64,000 nucleotides of DNA, taken from Candidatus Aenigmatarchaeota archaeon (GTDB lineage Archaea > Aenigmatarchaeota > Aenigmatarchaeia > GW2011-AR5). Position 1 is the stretch's first letter; every line of letters starts with the position of its first letter. This document shows positions 63,303 through 64,000 of the stretch, one piece after another. Below the pieces are notes generated by a model. The model did no database searches, was not told the DNA's origin, and saw only the letters and a program-made list of their open reading frames with translations. The position numbers and the translations under genes were made by a program. The DNA lies in assembly GCA_016198685.1 (NCBI GenBank), contig JACQID010000007.1, positions 28,695 to 92,694 on the forward strand, written 5' to 3'.

Positions 63303-64000
63303 AAAAAATATCTTTCATCGCCACGGTTACAATATCCCTTGTGTGGCTGGCACATGCGGGATTCGCCGGGTGCGTATCTTCAGATAATTACGACCCCGAC
63401 ATATTTTATTGTACGACGGGTGACACGCTGAGTTGCGATGGCGTGCTTAATCATGAATGCTACGAAATAGGCGATAGAGGCAATGCCTTCTATTATGATT
63501 ACTGCCGTTTTAATTCGTTTGATGGACTCTATCATTGTTACATGTCCGCCGAGGCGCCGCCGGATGATCCGCCAACCGCTTTTATCACCGTGCCTAGCAC
63601 CGCCACTGCCGGGCAGTCAATAACGCTCTACGGGTCGGGAACAGACGAGACAGATATAAACAGAATTACAGCATATTATCAAGGCGCATATCGCAGCCAA
63701 GATTGTACAGGCACGCAGACGACCTGTTCCAAGTCATGGTCCATAACCGAATCGTCGGCGGGCACTTATACTTATTACATCTATGTTTACGATAATGCCG
63801 GCCATGAATCATCGCCGGCATCCGCTACTGTTACTTGGTCGGCTCCTGCCGCGACTACTACCACAACCACTACATCAAGCACCACGACAACCCTGCCGGG
63901 TGCAACGTGCACTGAAGGCCTTGTGTGCATTAGCGGTGACGCTTATTACCAGTACAGTGATTGCAGGCGCGATATAGACGAGAGATGCAACGGCCGCGGC
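63299..64000 (+). CDS. Secreted Cys-rich protein with an Ig-like domain and Thr-rich linker (3' end outside window)
   Basis: MKKISFIATVTISLVWLAHAGFAG signal; PTAFITVP...YGSGTDETD...YTYYIYVYDNAG Ig-like segment; ATTTTTTTSSTTTT linker. No stop codon before the window ends. Confidence 0.7.
   Translation, partial: MKKISFIATVTISLVWLAHAGFAGCVSSDNYDPDIFYCTTGDTLSCDGVLNHECYEIGDRGNAFYYDYCRFNSFDGLYHCYMSAEAPPDDPPTAFITVPSTATAGQSITLYGSGTDETDINRITAYYQGAYRSQDCTGTQTTCSKSWSITESSAGTYTYYIYVYDNAGHESSPASATVTWSAPAATTTTTTTSSTTTTLPGATCTEGLVCISGDAYYQYSDCRRDIDERCNGRG

Noticed and set aside
1-64000. CRISPR array, rRNA genes or provirus
   Set aside because: No regularly spaced repeat-spacer array, rRNA signature, integrase or capsid/terminase gene was seen.

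Overview
This is an archaeal chromosome segment, most likely from a DPANN-type archaeon (Aenigmarchaeota-like; the lineage is inferred from gene content and compaction, not from a database search). Archaeal markers include class I LysRS, Pus10, TrmI, EgsA, DGGGP synthase, ADP-forming acetyl-CoA synthetase, FtsZ/SepF, an archaeal SRP RNA, seven class III signal-peptide pilins with a prepilin peptidase, and three intron-containing tRNA genes. Most of the window is housekeeping and fermentative metabolism (gatCAB, malic enzyme, GDH, ALDH, PDH complex, ACD). Four things stand out. (1) A tRNA-Leu locus (12616-12751) holds two tandem anticodon arms (UAG and CAG) and could give either isoacceptor by alternative BHB/BHL splicing. 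(2) A tRNA-Arg(UCG) has two introns, and the splice motif of the second can form only after the first is removed. (3) A complete 3,686-bp IS903-like transposon (16-bp perfect TIRs, 9-bp TSD, SWIM-DDE transposase) carries a coupled RHH-DGQHR/ParB-like plus HEPN gene pair that looks like an uncharacterised toxin-antitoxin or defence module. (4) A divergent cis-prenyltransferase-fold gene is translationally coupled to egsA in an ether-lipid cluster. No CRISPR array, rRNA gene or provirus was seen. All family assignments come from motif recognition by eye and were not confirmed by HMM or BLAST.
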